Positions 29,647 through 40,386 of a stretch of 64,000 bases of DNA are shown here, piece after piece. The translations under genes and the position numbers were made by a program. The stretch is taken from the IMG/VR virus record IMGVR_UViG_2900837372_000002, positions 5,767-69,766 of that record; one strand, 5' to 3'. The notes below the pieces were generated by a model. It was given only the letters and a program-made list of their open reading frames with translations, had not been told where the DNA came from and ran no database searches. The stretch comes from a virus. Numbering within the stretch: the stretch's first letter is position 1; every line of letters begins with the position of its first letter.

Positions 29647-30267
29647 CTATACCTCCCCAATTTTTTCAAAAGTAAAATTTGGAATTCTTTCGTTTGTGTA
29701 ATTTTCTGCTTGATTTACAGCTTCTTGGAATTTTTGATCTACATATGACTGATTGACACCACCAGTCCCACTACCACCTGTAGAACTAATTGTTCCATCT
29801 TCATCAATAGTGATGTTTTCTCCAGCAGTATAATTTTTCAGTGAATCGAGTTTTTCTTTTAACTCCAGCGAAAAATTGACATCAGATTGTCTGACTGCAG
29901 AGACTTTCCCTGTCTCATCAATCGTCAATAATTCACCAACTTTTATGCCACCCAAACGGTCGATAGTGGCAACTGGCAACACGTAGTCACCTTCTCCACT
30001 GTTTAAAATTTTTTGATACATTTCTGCCGTGATAATGCCGTCATCTTCTTCACTTGCATAGGGTAATTCTGTGAGAACATTCTCTAATCCCAAATCTTCT
30101 TTAGTAATGACGACGGCTCCAATTTTTCCATTAACAGATAAAACTGTTGCTTCTCCTGCTATTATTTCTTCTAACCCAAGAACTGCGGAAGCATGTGTGA
30201 TTGGAAAGAATTGGCGTTGTACACCTGTTTTTTCATCCGTTTCCATCATTCGTTTAGTTTTAGCCAT
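29647..30267 (-). CDS. Tail fibre/baseplate protein (206 aa)
   Basis: Position in the distal-tail module. Confidence 0.45.
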   Translation of the reverse strand: MAKTKRMMETDEKTGVQRQFFPITHASAVLGLEEIIAGEATVLSVNGKIGAVVITKEDLGLENVLTELPYASEEDDGIITAEMYQKILNSGEGDYVLPVATIDRLGGIKVGELLTIDETGKVSAVRQSDVNFSLELKEKLDSLKNYTAGENITIDEDGTISSTGGSGTGGVNQSYVDQKFQEAVNQAENYTNERIPNFTFEKIGEV

Positions 30268-31175
30268 TAGATCACCCCGACTTTCTCAAGAGTGAACACA
30301 TTTTGCTTTGGATCATCAACGGTTGCGATGATCAAGGCTCCTTCTTCAATCGGGAATTCTACAGTTCCAACTTTTTCGACTTCGTGATTATCTGAAAAGA
30401 GATCGTCTTGAAGAATATCAGTCACTTCAATTTCACCGTATTCAATCGTGAAAAGTGCTGCTTTCATTTTTTGATACAAATAATTTAGATCGGATAGGAA
30501 ACGTTCAGAAATCGATTCATGGCGTACACCTTGAAGATCTACACGTGCATCCATTAATTCGGCTAACATTACTCCACCTGGATCGATAGACTTCAAAATA
30601 TCCTTGATTGATTCAAACCATGACAAATAATCTGATTCTTGTCCTTCTCTCCAATCTTGGAAACTATTCTCCTGTTCTTCTCTCCAGCGATCAAATTCTT
30701 CTTTCCTTTCATTCATCCAGTCCGTAAAATCGCCTTTATTTTCATTAATAAAATCTGTCATATCAGCAATTAAATCTTCAATTGATTGCCAATAAGAACC
30801 CATTTCTCCTTCTGTTTTTGAAACAGCATTGATGACAAAATAGGAGAAGTCTTGAGTTGTTCCAATCAAGTCTTCTCCTTTAAATATAATGAAATTGGCT
30901 GTTTGTCGATGCAAACACTGCATGGAATATTTATCAAAAATATATTTGATTTTCCCTTTTTTAGCATCCACAATTCTTGTTTCTAATTGGACTGGATATT
31001 TTCCGCCAACAACTGATTCAAAATATACCTTACATTCTGATAAATCATATGGAAGACCATTTTCGACAATTGTAGCTTCCATAACTTCAGTGTTTTTATT
31101 GCCTTGTCGAACTTGAATCATCCCCACGTAATTATAGGGTTCTGTTGTACTTAATATGACATTCCACTTTGCCAT
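30267..31175 (-). CDS. Baseplate/receptor-binding candidate (302 aa)
   Basis: Immediately downstream of the Tal gene. Confidence 0.45.
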   Translation of the reverse strand: MAKWNVILSTTEPYNYVGMIQVRQGNKNTEVMEATIVENGLPYDLSECKVYFESVVGGKYPVQLETRIVDAKKGKIKYIFDKYSMQCLHRQTANFIIFKGEDLIGTTQDFSYFVINAVSKTEGEMGSYWQSIEDLIADMTDFINENKGDFTDWMNERKEEFDRWREEQENSFQDWREGQESDYLSWFESIKDILKSIDPGGVMLAELMDARVDLQGVRHESISERFLSDLNYLYQKMKAALFTIEYGEIEVTDILQDDLFSDNHEVEKVGTVEFPIEEGALIIATVDDPKQNVFTLEKVGVI

Positions 31176-31187
31176 TAAATCACCTCC

Positions 31188-33965
31188 CTATTTTGGTGGT
31201 ATGACAATGGAAGAAATTGCACTTGCACTATAATACTGGCGATCTAACTTTCCACAAATCATACCTAACTCTGTGTTTTGTTCATAAGTTTGCATACGAC
31301 CATTAGCTAAGCCTCGGATAACGCCAGTATGTCCATAAGTTCCGTCTGCAAACCATGAACCCACTTGTCCACCTCTTGCCCAATTAATAATTGCACCAAC
31401 TACTAATTGATCATATCTAGGGTTTTGAATCACTTTCCAACCAACAGCAGACCAATCATAGGCAATACCAATATCAGATGCTGCAGAAGTATTTCCTATC
31501 ACATGAGTTAAACCATATTTTGTTCCAGCACCCATGCCACAACCACCCAGATATCCTGAATATTCTGCAGACAAGCCATAACACTGACCATTGCCAATTC
31601 GTTGTCCAATCAAAGACTCTAAATGTTTTAGTCCTGCTTCTCCAGTAGCTCCTCCTGGTTTTAAATCTTTAAATTTGTTATACCAGTTAACTGCATAATC
31701 TTGACGTTCAGGATGTGTCGCTGCCGGACGTTCATAGTTTCGTTCAAAAGCATATGCTGCTTGTCTTGGATCAGTACAGGCCTTAAATCCATCAACCGTC
31801 GTAGGTTGTACTACGCCCATCCATTGTCCATTTGTAAATGTCCAAATAAGCAATCGAACTTGTGCATCTAAGCTCGTTATTGGTTCTTTAATACCTGCAG
31901 CATTAAATAAGTTTTGAACATAAACTTTTCCATCCCATGTTGCTGGACCAACAAGAGGATATGAAGAACCATCCCACTGAACTAATCCGTATGCTGGTCC
32001 ACCTATTTGAACAGTATCAGGATCAAAAGTTCCTCCTGTTTCTTGTTGAATGTTCCCCAATATTCCACATGCAGATTGTTTCGTAAATCCGTTATTACAC
32101 AAAATATCGTAAATTCTCCAAGCTCTCTTTTCTGCATCTGTTTTTAATTCACTAGGATACCCACCAGTAGATTCTCCACCTCCCGATGGACCACCACCTT
32201 GTCCAGGAATTATTTCTTTTCCTTTAACTGTAAGTTTTCCTTGTACATCTAAGTCTCCAAAATAAATTGCTTTACCATTTCCTAATAAAACTAATCCTTT
32301 TCCTACTTTAGGAGAAATCAAAATATATTTGCCGTCTCCATTTGTACGAATAACTAAAGAATTATCTTCAATAGGGGTTGGAGTAGAAGCCCCAGGAAAA
32401 GGATTACCAGCAGAATCAGTTGTTCCAATCGTTCCAATTGAACCCTTAGAATTCCAAAATTCCATTCCTTTTTTAGTTAACTCCATTATTTTCTTTTTGT
32501 TGTTCCAAATTTGGAGTAGTCCATTAACTAATTTCAATACATCTCCAGTCTTGTTAAAAGAATTTTGAAAGATATCTGCTTTGATTAATCCAGTTTGTAT
32601 AAAATTGGCATTAAATATACTATCTAATGTCCAAGCTGAAGTAAAAGGCCCCCGCCATCCTTTCTTAGAAAAAGCAATCCCATTTTTATTCATTCTTAGT
32701 ACTTCTCTTGCCTTTTCTAAATCTGGATTATCCATAATAAAGATGTTGGAAGGTTTTTCTTTTGGCCATAAACTTACATATCCTCCTGCACTGCCTTGAC
32801 CTGTAATCATTGAAGAAACATAATCATTAAAATCACTCATATAATTATTCGTTGCATAATCTTTTAATTTATCCTGAATAGTTACAGCTTGTTGCTGATA
32901 AAAAGCAACTTGAATGTCTCCTGCTTCTAATTTCAAAGTTTTTTCAGATAAAGAATCGTATTGTAGTCCACTAACCTTTGATTCAAGATAAATATTATAT
33001 TTTTTATGATATATTTTAAATGTATCAAACAGACCATAATTTCTAATCTTCGCAAATTCTTTCGCTTCTTCACTATCAGTCAACTTATCAAATTCAACCG
33101 TAATAGAAACTTTAGGCTTATCACAGCCAGGATTGATCGTTTTAAAGTAATTTTTAGCTATTTTATTTAAGCTCTTAATGTCTTTTACTCCTTGTTCTTC
33201 TGTAAACTGAACATGCTCTGTATACACATCAGGATAGTTATTAATATAGGCACTATCTACTGGCGAACCATAAATTCGATTAGTCGTACCTACCTCACTT
33301 TGAGGATCAGCATATGGAATAAGTCTTGTTTTTATACCTGTCCAATCTAATTTGACCTTTAAACCAGACATATCTTTTCCATACCGAATCGTTCCAACAT
33401 TATTGCGACCTCTTCGCTTTAACAAAGAAAGCTTAAATGGTTCACGTTTAATTTCTCCACCCCAATATTGAAGCAATGATCCTTGTTCACCAGCAATACA
33501 ATTTAAAACATTTCTCGCTTCAAAGATTGTGCTAGAAACGGCCGTAATATCAGAATAAAGTCGTATGTCAGATTTTTTATCCATTTTGGTTTCAATAATT
33601 GATATCGCTTCTTGACCAGTTTTAGAGTCTACTTCCGCAAGAGTGACTACCCGTCTTCCAAGTCGATTTGTACGACTCTGAGCATAAATAGTTACTGTAT
33701 TTAAAAAAGTATCTATATCTTTATCATCAATAAAAAAGATATGATACTCTTCTTGATCGTTTGGCTTTGCTTTTATTTGATAGTCATTTTCAAAATATTC
33801 ATCAAATCTAGTTCCTAAAGGATAATCCAACTCTAATTCATATTTTCCATTAGCTACTTCATATATTTCACATCTTGTACAATCCTTTAAAATTCCTAAG
33901 CCATTCGTTGAGAAATCTGTTTCAGTAGGACTATATATTCTTGGTTTCATACTTTTCTCCACCAC
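31188..33965 (-). CDS. Tail-associated lysin (Tal): tail-tip endopeptidase-family N-terminal region fused to lysozyme-like and CHAP/NlpC-P60 domains
   Basis: 925 aa. Downstream of TMP and Dit. C-terminal ACGILGNIQQETGG...GLVQWD (lysozyme-like) and Cys/His CHAP-type segment CYGLSAEYSGYL...GHTGVIRGL. Confidence 0.75.
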   Translation of the reverse strand: MVEKSMKPRIYSPTETDFSTNGLGILKDCTRCEIYEVANGKYELELDYPLGTRFDEYFENDYQIKAKPNDQEEYHIFFIDDKDIDTFLNTVTIYAQSRTNRLGRRVVTLAEVDSKTGQEAISIIETKMDKKSDIRLYSDITAVSSTIFEARNVLNCIAGEQGSLLQYWGGEIKREPFKLSLLKRRGRNNVGTIRYGKDMSGLKVKLDWTGIKTRLIPYADPQSEVGTTNRIYGSPVDSAYINNYPDVYTEHVQFTEEQGVKDIKSLNKIAKNYFKTINPGCDKPKVSITVEFDKLTDSEEAKEFAKIRNYGLFDTFKIYHKKYNIYLESKVSGLQYDSLSEKTLKLEAGDIQVAFYQQQAVTIQDKLKDYATNNYMSDFNDYVSSMITGQGSAGGYVSLWPKEKPSNIFIMDNPDLEKAREVLRMNKNGIAFSKKGWRGPFTSAWTLDSIFNANFIQTGLIKADIFQNSFNKTGDVLKLVNGLLQIWNNKKKIMELTKKGMEFWNSKGSIGTIGTTDSAGNPFPGASTPTPIEDNSLVIRTNGDGKYILISPKVGKGLVLLGNGKAIYFGDLDVQGKLTVKGKEIIPGQGGGPSGGGESTGGYPSELKTDAEKRAWRIYDILCNNGFTKQSACGILGNIQQETGGTFDPDTVQIGGPAYGLVQWDGSSYPLVGPATWDGKVYVQNLFNAAGIKEPITSLDAQVRLLIWTFTNGQWMGVVQPTTVDGFKACTDPRQAAYAFERNYERPAATHPERQDYAVNWYNKFKDLKPGGATGEAGLKHLESLIGQRIGNGQCYGLSAEYSGYLGGCGMGAGTKYGLTHVIGNTSAASDIGIAYDWSAVGWKVIQNPRYDQLVVGAIINWARGGQVGSWFADGTYGHTGVIRGLANGRMQTYEQNTELGMICGKLDRQYYSASAISSIVIPPK

Positions 33966-34687
33966 CTAGGCATTATTTCAAATGAATGAATATTTTTCGT
34001 CCATTTAATTTCATTTTTTCCAGGATATAAAAATGGAAAATCTAAAAATAAAGTGACTTGATCCTGATGTTCTAAATTACCATCTAATTTTCGGTAAGCC
34101 TCTTCTAATTTAGAATCTATAAATAATTCTCTGTCCAACGATTTCAAATCATATTTGTCCTTATTAATATAAAAAGAAGCATCTCCAGAACCACTCAATT
34201 TAATAAGCGGTTTTGAAGAATACTTCTCTGGGTTATAAATTTCAAAAGTTTCTGTTTGTCGAATAGTAAATCTACCATTGTAATTTTCCTTAAATGGTCG
34301 AATGCTCACTGTAAATTCAAAAGGGACAATATTTCCTGTTTTTCTTGTTCCTTTAAATTCAGGTCCTTCTATTACTACAGCTTGATAAATATATTGTTCA
34401 TCATAGTAAAGAATAAAATCACTATAAGACGACATATCTAACCATTCAGTGATTCGATCTTCCCACTCCTGCACCACATCAATTGAAGGTGCTTTATAGT
34501 AACACTCAATCTTTCTAGTCACATTTCTGTAATAGCCTTTATCAATAATGATAGAATCATTTCCTTCTCGCTCTCTCAATTCAATTACTCGACTAGCTGA
34601 AACAGAAGCAGGCCTGTTTTGAATATACACATTAAATTCAGAAGAATAATGTTGATTAATAAAAAATTGTCCTCTCTTAAGTTGCAT
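33947..34687 (-). CDS. Distal tail protein (Dit)
   Basis: 246 aa. Immediately after the TMP. Overlapping stop/start with both neighbours. Confidence 0.6.
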   Translation of the reverse strand: MQLKRGQFFINQHYSSEFNVYIQNRPASVSASRVIELREREGNDSIIIDKGYYRNVTRKIECYYKAPSIDVVQEWEDRITEWLDMSSYSDFILYYDEQYIYQAVVIEGPEFKGTRKTGNIVPFEFTVSIRPFKENYNGRFTIRQTETFEIYNPEKYSSKPLIKLSGSGDASFYINKDKYDLKSLDRELFIDSKLEEAYRKLDGNLEHQDQVTLFLDFPFLYPGKNEIKWTKNIHSFEIMPRWWRKV

Positions 34688-37493
34688 ATAATGTTCCTCC
34701 TACTGCACCAGCATCTCGTTTCATTTGTCTTGTCAATTCTGTTTTAATTTTTGTGGTAATCTTCCGAACCATTGAATCAGGTAAATCTCCATAAACATTT
34801 AAATGTAAATGAATTTCTTTTGTTTCACTAGCAGATATATTTTGCTTTGTTTGTGTAATTGGTAGGTGACTTATTCCATTTACTACAGGTTGAACAGACG
34901 GTGTTTTTACTAAATTTGTCATGGTTTGATCTAACTTACTTTGCTCTTTATCAATACCAACGATAATACCTTGAACAATATTTTTACCAACCATATCACG
35001 CATCCATCTTGATGGAGAATGAATATCTAAAGCTCCTTTAATCCAATTTTTGATATTACCTGCAATACCTTTGATAGTATCTTTCAAAGCATTCCACTTT
35101 TCTTTTACACCATTTATAAGTCCATCAATGATGTTCTTGCCAATTTCAAATAAATTGACTTCCCTTAACGAATTAAAGATTTCTTTTACCCGATTAATAG
35201 CATTTGAAACACCATTTTTTAGATTTGTCCATGCATTTTCAGCAGAATTAACAATTCCAGTAACAATATTCCAGAAAGAGTCCTTAATGTTATTCCATGT
35301 ATTAATCATGGTATTTTTTATAGAAATCCACGTATTGTATGCCGTATCTTTAATATTTTTCCAAGTATCTTTGAAAAACTGTTTAATATTATTCCAAGTA
35401 GTAATGGCATTATATTTTAAATCGATCCAAGTTTGAATAATAGAAAACTTCAATTCAATCCATTTCTGAATTGCAAAATATTTTATATCAATCCAAAGAT
35501 TAATAAAAAAATACTTTATGTTTAACCAAATCGATTTAGCTTGATTTACCACTTCATTCCAAATATTTATCAATGTAAGCTTGAACCCTGTCCAAATATT
35601 GAGTGCAGCAAAATAAATATTTGTAAAATAACTTACAAATATATTCTTTATAGATTCCCAAATATTTATGGCACTTTCTTTAATATTATTCCAAACAGCA
35701 ATCATATTATTTTTTGTTTCTTCCCATCCACCAGAAATCATGGAGGTAATAAACAAAACCGGCGCAAGTATAACATTTTTTAAAATCTCAAAGACGTTTT
35801 TACCAATCTCAACTAAATTATTCCATAAGGTCTCTAGATAAAAAGTAACATGTAAAAATGCATTCTTTATACCTGTAATCAATGGACCAGCAACCGACAT
35901 AATAGAACCTTTAATTTCATTCCATTTTTCTCTGGCTGAATCTTTTATACTTTGCCAAGTATCAGAAAACCATTTCTTCATATTAGACCATGCATTTTTT
36001 ACACTATCGACTGCATTTCTTGAAGTCTCTACTGTTTTATCAAATAAACCTGTGGCCCCATCCTTAATACCTTTCCAGGTGTTAGAAAACCATTCCTTTG
36101 TTCCTGACCAAGCATCTTTGACACCCTCAACTGCATTTGATGCCATTTCTTTAGCAGAATTCCAAGTATCAATTCCCCAGTCCTTTATATTTTTTAATAC
36201 ACCAATTACGGAATCTTTCACATCATTCCAAATAGATATAACCTTGTTTCTAAACTCTTCATTGGTTGCCATAAAGTAACCGAAAACAGCTATTGCACCA
36301 ACGACTGCACCAATAATTAAAACAAATGAATTAGCAGCAGCTATTGCCCCCATAATCTTTAATGAATTTCCAACGCCAATTATGGCATTCTTAAAATTAT
36401 TGAAGCTTTTTATTATTGCTGGTATACCTTTAAGTTGAAACATGAACGCTCCAAAAGCGGTAGCTGCAGGAACAAGAAAGGGCATCATGAATTTCAAAGC
36501 AGAACCAAATTTTTGAATTTCGTTAAATAAATTACTTAAAAATGATACTGCTGTAGGAATATTTGCAGCAATTACTTTTAAGAACGATTCCATTGAACTG
36601 CCCACTTTATCAATAATTCCCTTAAATCCACCTAAATCTGAATCTACTAATGCTTTATTTAATCCTTCTATTACCTCACCAACACCACGTGTAACAGCTG
36701 TTTTTGCATTTTGTATAGAGGTTTTAATTCCCTTAGTAGAATCTTTAGCGATTTGACTTAATGATTTAAGTCCTCCGCCACCTTTGGTATCCATTTCTAT
36801 TAATTGATTTTGGAATTCTTCAACAGAAATCTTACCTTGAGACAAACCTTCTTTCAGATCTCCCATTGTAATTCCCATCTTTTTAGCAATAGCAGAAAGA
36901 GTAGGTCCAAGTTGAGCGTTGATCATTGAGTTCCAAGTTTGTGCGTCTACTTTTCCGTTTGAGAAACTTTGAGATAATTGAATAACAGCTTCATTAACTT
37001 GATCAGTTGAACCACCGAAACCAAGAATTCCATCATTTAAAGCTTTAAATATTTGAGTTGAACGAGTTAAATCACCTGTAGAAGAAGCAAGAAGTTGAAC
37101 ATGACTTATCGCATCATTCAAAGCAGTAGGAAGTCCTTGAATACCTTGAGATAAAAGCCCATTCTTTCCGATATTCTTCATAATTTCTGAATTACTAAAT
37201 CCCATATTTTGGAAATTTCGTAGAGCGTTATTCATCGTATCTACTCGATCAACCGCTCCACTTATGGAACCCTTGATTAGATCAAAGCCAGCTCCTACGA
37301 TTCTAGTTACTCCGCTAGCTAGAAAACTTCCAGCAAATATTTTCCAAATACTACCTAATGAACTGCCACTATTTCTACTTTTTCTTTCGATTGTTTCATC
37401 AAAAGAGTTCAACTTTTTGACAGCATTATTCATACCGGCAGTAAAACCAGATTCATCTAGTATCATCTTCAGAATTAGGTCATCGTTATTCAA
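34677..37493 (-). CDS. Tail tape measure protein
   Basis: 938 aa. Internal hydrophobic segment and long repetitive W/N-rich helical region. Largest gene of the tail module. Confidence 0.85.
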   Translation of the reverse strand: MNNDDLILKMILDESGFTAGMNNAVKKLNSFDETIERKSRNSGSSLGSIWKIFAGSFLASGVTRIVGAGFDLIKGSISGAVDRVDTMNNALRNFQNMGFSNSEIMKNIGKNGLLSQGIQGLPTALNDAISHVQLLASSTGDLTRSTQIFKALNDGILGFGGSTDQVNEAVIQLSQSFSNGKVDAQTWNSMINAQLGPTLSAIAKKMGITMGDLKEGLSQGKISVEEFQNQLIEMDTKGGGGLKSLSQIAKDSTKGIKTSIQNAKTAVTRGVGEVIEGLNKALVDSDLGGFKGIIDKVGSSMESFLKVIAANIPTAVSFLSNLFNEIQKFGSALKFMMPFLVPAATAFGAFMFQLKGIPAIIKSFNNFKNAIIGVGNSLKIMGAIAAANSFVLIIGAVVGAIAVFGYFMATNEEFRNKVISIWNDVKDSVIGVLKNIKDWGIDTWNSAKEMASNAVEGVKDAWSGTKEWFSNTWKGIKDGATGLFDKTVETSRNAVDSVKNAWSNMKKWFSDTWQSIKDSAREKWNEIKGSIMSVAGPLITGIKNAFLHVTFYLETLWNNLVEIGKNVFEILKNVILAPVLFITSMISGGWEETKNNMIAVWNNIKESAINIWESIKNIFVSYFTNIYFAALNIWTGFKLTLINIWNEVVNQAKSIWLNIKYFFINLWIDIKYFAIQKWIELKFSIIQTWIDLKYNAITTWNNIKQFFKDTWKNIKDTAYNTWISIKNTMINTWNNIKDSFWNIVTGIVNSAENAWTNLKNGVSNAINRVKEIFNSLREVNLFEIGKNIIDGLINGVKEKWNALKDTIKGIAGNIKNWIKGALDIHSPSRWMRDMVGKNIVQGIIVGIDKEQSKLDQTMTNLVKTPSVQPVVNGISHLPITQTKQNISASETKEIHLHLNVYGDLPDSMVRKITTKIKTELTRQMKRDAGAVGGTLYAT

Positions 37494-37505
37494 AGTATCA
37501 CCTCC

Positions 37506-37719
37506 TAAAATTGAGTGAAATTATCATAGTACTCAACATCTTCATGCTCTTTTACCGCATCTCTAAAAGCAAAAAGACGCATTAACTCATCCAAGTCAGT
37601 ACGTTCAATTTCTGGTAACGTCCAACCTGCTTCGAGTAATTGCGTCTTTATATCTAATTCTCGGTAAGTAATCGAATACTTAAATGAAGGTGACTTGAGC
37701 GCCTCACTTACTTTTTTTT
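37506..37719 (-). other. Programmed -1 frameshift extension (gpGT-like) of the tail chaperone; slippery run A8 (rc of 37712-37719)
   Basis: The -1 frame after GAAAAAAAAG is open for 65 codons (KVSEALKSPSFKYSITYRELDIKTQLLEAGWTLPEIERTDLDELMRLFAFRDAVKEHEDVEYYDNFTQF), ending just before the TMP RBS. Confidence 0.5.
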
Positions 37720-38049
37720 CGTCTCTGTATAAGTTTCATCAAAACCTGCAGTAACAGACTTCAATAATTTTCCTGTCAATGAGGCAATCTCACGAGCATC
37801 AATTCCTTTGCAATAATCTTCACCAGTAAATTGTCCCTCAAATAAAGTATCTGCAATAAATGAATAAGCACGACTTAAAGCTTTTTTAACTGATTGTTTA
37901 TCAGTCGCTGTTTGCATTTCTTCCATAACTCCTGCAGCATCTTCTACAACTGTTCCTGGTAAAAATTCAGCAGATTTAAATTGTACTTGCTCATATTTAC
38001 CTTCTTCATCTTTTTTCGTTAATTTAATCGTTGTTTGATATTTTGACAT
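37708..38049 (-). CDS. Tail assembly chaperone (gpG-like, 113 aa)
   Basis: Acidic small protein between the major tail protein and TMP. Ends ...TYTETKKK at an A8 run. Confidence 0.55.
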   Translation of the reverse strand: MSKYQTTIKLTKKDEEGKYEQVQFKSAEFLPGTVVEDAAGVMEEMQTATDKQSVKKALSRAYSFIADTLFEGQFTGEDYCKGIDAREIASLTGKLLKSVTAGFDETYTETKKK

Positions 38050-38657
38050 TATTCTGTACCTCCTGAAAGTTCTGCTTCTTCAATTGGAATTGCTACTTTT
38101 GTAAACCAATTTCCGATCATTGCTTTATCCACGCCTTCATCATCTTCATCAACTGAATACATATATCCAAGTCCTGGTACATCTACAAATGAACCCTTCC
38201 AAGTTGGATGAGTAAAACTTACTTTACTTCCTTCAATCGTTGATGTTTCATCTGAATCTAGAGCAAACTGTCCTTTATAAAAGACCGTATAACGGTATTT
38301 CCCATTCGATTTTTTACGTCTATATGCAAACGCACCATCTTGCGCAATATCTTCTCCAGAACGCAAGGCACCACCTTTAACAATTTTCCCTCCAGTAATT
38401 GTAGATAAAACTTTATGAGTATATCCATTTGCTTCCAGTTCAACTTCTGCACCACCAAAAGCTGTAAATTGATCTTGAACCACTGAATCCCCATAATCTT
38501 GTGTTGTTTCATAATTAGCTGTTGGTTTGATACTTACTGCTGTTCCCATTGGCAACGCAGTACCATATACCGGAAAATTCCCTGTCTCATCTTCCAAAGG
38601 AAACCAAGTAGGTTTTTCGACAGAAATAATTCCGGTTTTACTTCTTTTTTCTCCCAT
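38049..38657 (-). CDS. Major tail protein
   Basis: 202 aa. Immediately upstream of the chaperone and TMP. Confidence 0.55.
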   Translation of the reverse strand: MGEKRSKTGIISVEKPTWFPLEDETGNFPVYGTALPMGTAVSIKPTANYETTQDYGDSVVQDQFTAFGGAEVELEANGYTHKVLSTITGGKIVKGGALRSGEDIAQDGAFAYRRKKSNGKYRYTVFYKGQFALDSDETSTIEGSKVSFTHPTWKGSFVDVPGLGYMYSVDEDDEGVDKAMIGNWFTKVAIPIEEAELSGGTE

Positions 38658-39035
38658 TTATCTTTCACTCCATTCAATATATTGTGGAAATTCTAATGTA
38701 AAACGAATATGTTGAACACCATCTGCTTCATCAGGTAAATAGGCTTTTGGAAATAATATTTGCTCATCGATTGTAATCGTATTAAAAAAAGTCCCACAAC
38801 GTGAGACTAATTCATTAATTAAATTTCTATTAGGTTTATTATCAATCAATGCAATATCAATTAAGAAAGAAACATTTTGAATATCAATTCCTACATTTTC
38901 AGTTCCAGATTCCATTACTGATAAAACGAAATAAAAATCTTTAGTTGACTGCATAACTGAATCAAGATATATTGTCCCATCAGGATAGATTTCTTTTAAT
39001 TTGCTACTGATTGCAGCAATGATTTCATCTTTCAT
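38658..39035 (-). CDS. Tail component (tail terminator/completion candidate)
   Basis: 125 aa. Position. Confidence 0.4.
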   Translation of the reverse strand: MKDEIIAAISSKLKEIYPDGTIYLDSVMQSTKDFYFVLSVMESGTENVGIDIQNVSFLIDIALIDNKPNRNLINELVSRCGTFFNTITIDEQILFPKAYLPDEADGVQHIRFTLEFPQYIEWSER

Positions 39036-39036
39036 G

Positions 39037-39441
39037 TTACTTTCCTTTCTTAACGATTTTTATTGCCATTTGTTTAAATCTTCGAGGAATATAAGACATA
39101 TTTGCAAGATTCGTTGCACGAGTTAACATGAATTTCCCTTTGACAAAGCCACCATTTTTAGTCCTATGACCTTCTTCTACATATTTAAAATAATGTTCAT
39201 TGTTTATAACTGCTCCAACAATTCGACCGCTTGATAGTTTTCTAGCTTTTACTACACGATATCCTCGCCTTAAATTACCTGATTTTACAGGAGTTAATGG
39301 TTTAGCTAAACTAACGACTTTATTCATTGAATCGTTAACGAAGGATATTCCTTCTTTTTGAGCAATTACAGTCATATTTTTAAAATTCTCAATGATCTTT
39401 TCTGCATTTGATTCATATTTGAGATTACCCATTTTTCTCAC
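39037..39441 (-). CDS. HK97 gp10-like tail-component protein
   Basis: 134 aa. Position and size. Confidence 0.45.
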   Translation of the reverse strand: MRKMGNLKYESNAEKIIENFKNMTVIAQKEGISFVNDSMNKVVSLAKPLTPVKSGNLRRGYRVVKARKLSSGRIVGAVINNEHYFKYVEEGHRTKNGGFVKGKFMLTRATNLANMSYIPRRFKQMAIKIVKKGK

Positions 39442-39820
39442 TTCCTATCAAATTCACTTCACAATGACTAGGATAGTAAAAAGGCTTAGTAGCAAATAGA
39501 GAAAAAATTAAGCCACTGGCCTTTTGAGTTATTGTTATTCGATCTCCTTTTTTTAGTTTAATCTTAGGATGAACAAATAATTTATATGTGTCAGTTGAAA
39601 CATTTACCATCTCTCCATCTTCTATGACTGCTAGTCCATCGATTTGACCTTGTGAAAGAGCGCAAGAAATAGGATTATCATATACTTTTTTGTAATCTTG
39701 AATAGTAATATTTGTATTAGAATCTTCAATGTCCGTCAGTCTTTCAATAATACAACTATCTTCATAAGTAGTTTCTAAAATATCTGCTTCATTCATTAAA
39801 AAAACTCCAATCCTCCACAA
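39425..39820 (-). CDS. Head-tail joining (head closure) protein
   Basis: 131 aa. Position. Confidence 0.45.
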   Translation of the reverse strand: MWRIGVFLMNEADILETTYEDSCIIERLTDIEDSNTNITIQDYKKVYDNPISCALSQGQIDGLAVIEDGEMVNVSTDTYKLFVHPKIKLKKGDRITITQKASGLIFSLFATKPFYYPSHCEVNLIGSEKNG

Positions 39821-40137
39821 CCAATAACTCTTCGTATCAAATCACCATAGCCTAGAAGTAACTCACTAACATCATTTGTTGTTGAAGCATAACTAATCGT
39901 TGTATCGCCACGTCTAACTGAAGATACTGTTTTTTCTGATTCATTTTTTATTATTTTATACAACACTTCACTAATCACGCTTTTTAACTTTTCCCATGAA
40001 ATATCATTTTTACAAGTGTTGTATGATTCAATTTCTAGCAAAATTATTTCTAATAAATTAGTTATGCGTTCTTCACTCAAATCTGGAAAATCTTCTTTTG
40101 TAGACTCAATGATTTCCGTTTTTAGCGATTCATCCAT
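39796..40137 (-). CDS. Head-tail connector (gp6-like) protein
   Basis: 113 aa. Acidic. Downstream of the capsid gene. Confidence 0.45.
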   Translation of the reverse strand: MDESLKTEIIESTKEDFPDLSEERITNLLEIILLEIESYNTCKNDISWEKLKSVISEVLYKIIKNESEKTVSSVRRGDTTISYASTTNDVSELLLGYGDLIRRVIGCGGLEFF

Positions 40138-40148
40138 CAGATCACTTC

Positions 40149-40364
40149 CTAAATTTCATTAACATCAATTGCATCTTCCAAAATTGCAATTGCTTCTTTA
40201 TCATCTATAGAAATGATAAATTCGTTATTTGAATCTGCTGTGATAAATCTACGAGTTTTAGGATGAACAAACCCAACAAAATTTTTAGTTTTACCTACTC
40301 TATATTTCACGACTTCATCTTTTTTAGTTTCATCTTTTTTTACCACTGTAATTCCTCCTATCAA
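40149..40364 (-). CDS. Small head-associated protein (71 aa)
   Basis: Position. Confidence 0.35.
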   Translation of the reverse strand: MIGGITVVKKDETKKDEVVKYRVGKTKNFVGFVHPKTRRFITADSNNEFIISIDDKEAIAILEDAIDVNEI

Positions 40365-40386
40365 AAAAGGGAGTACTAACTCCCTT

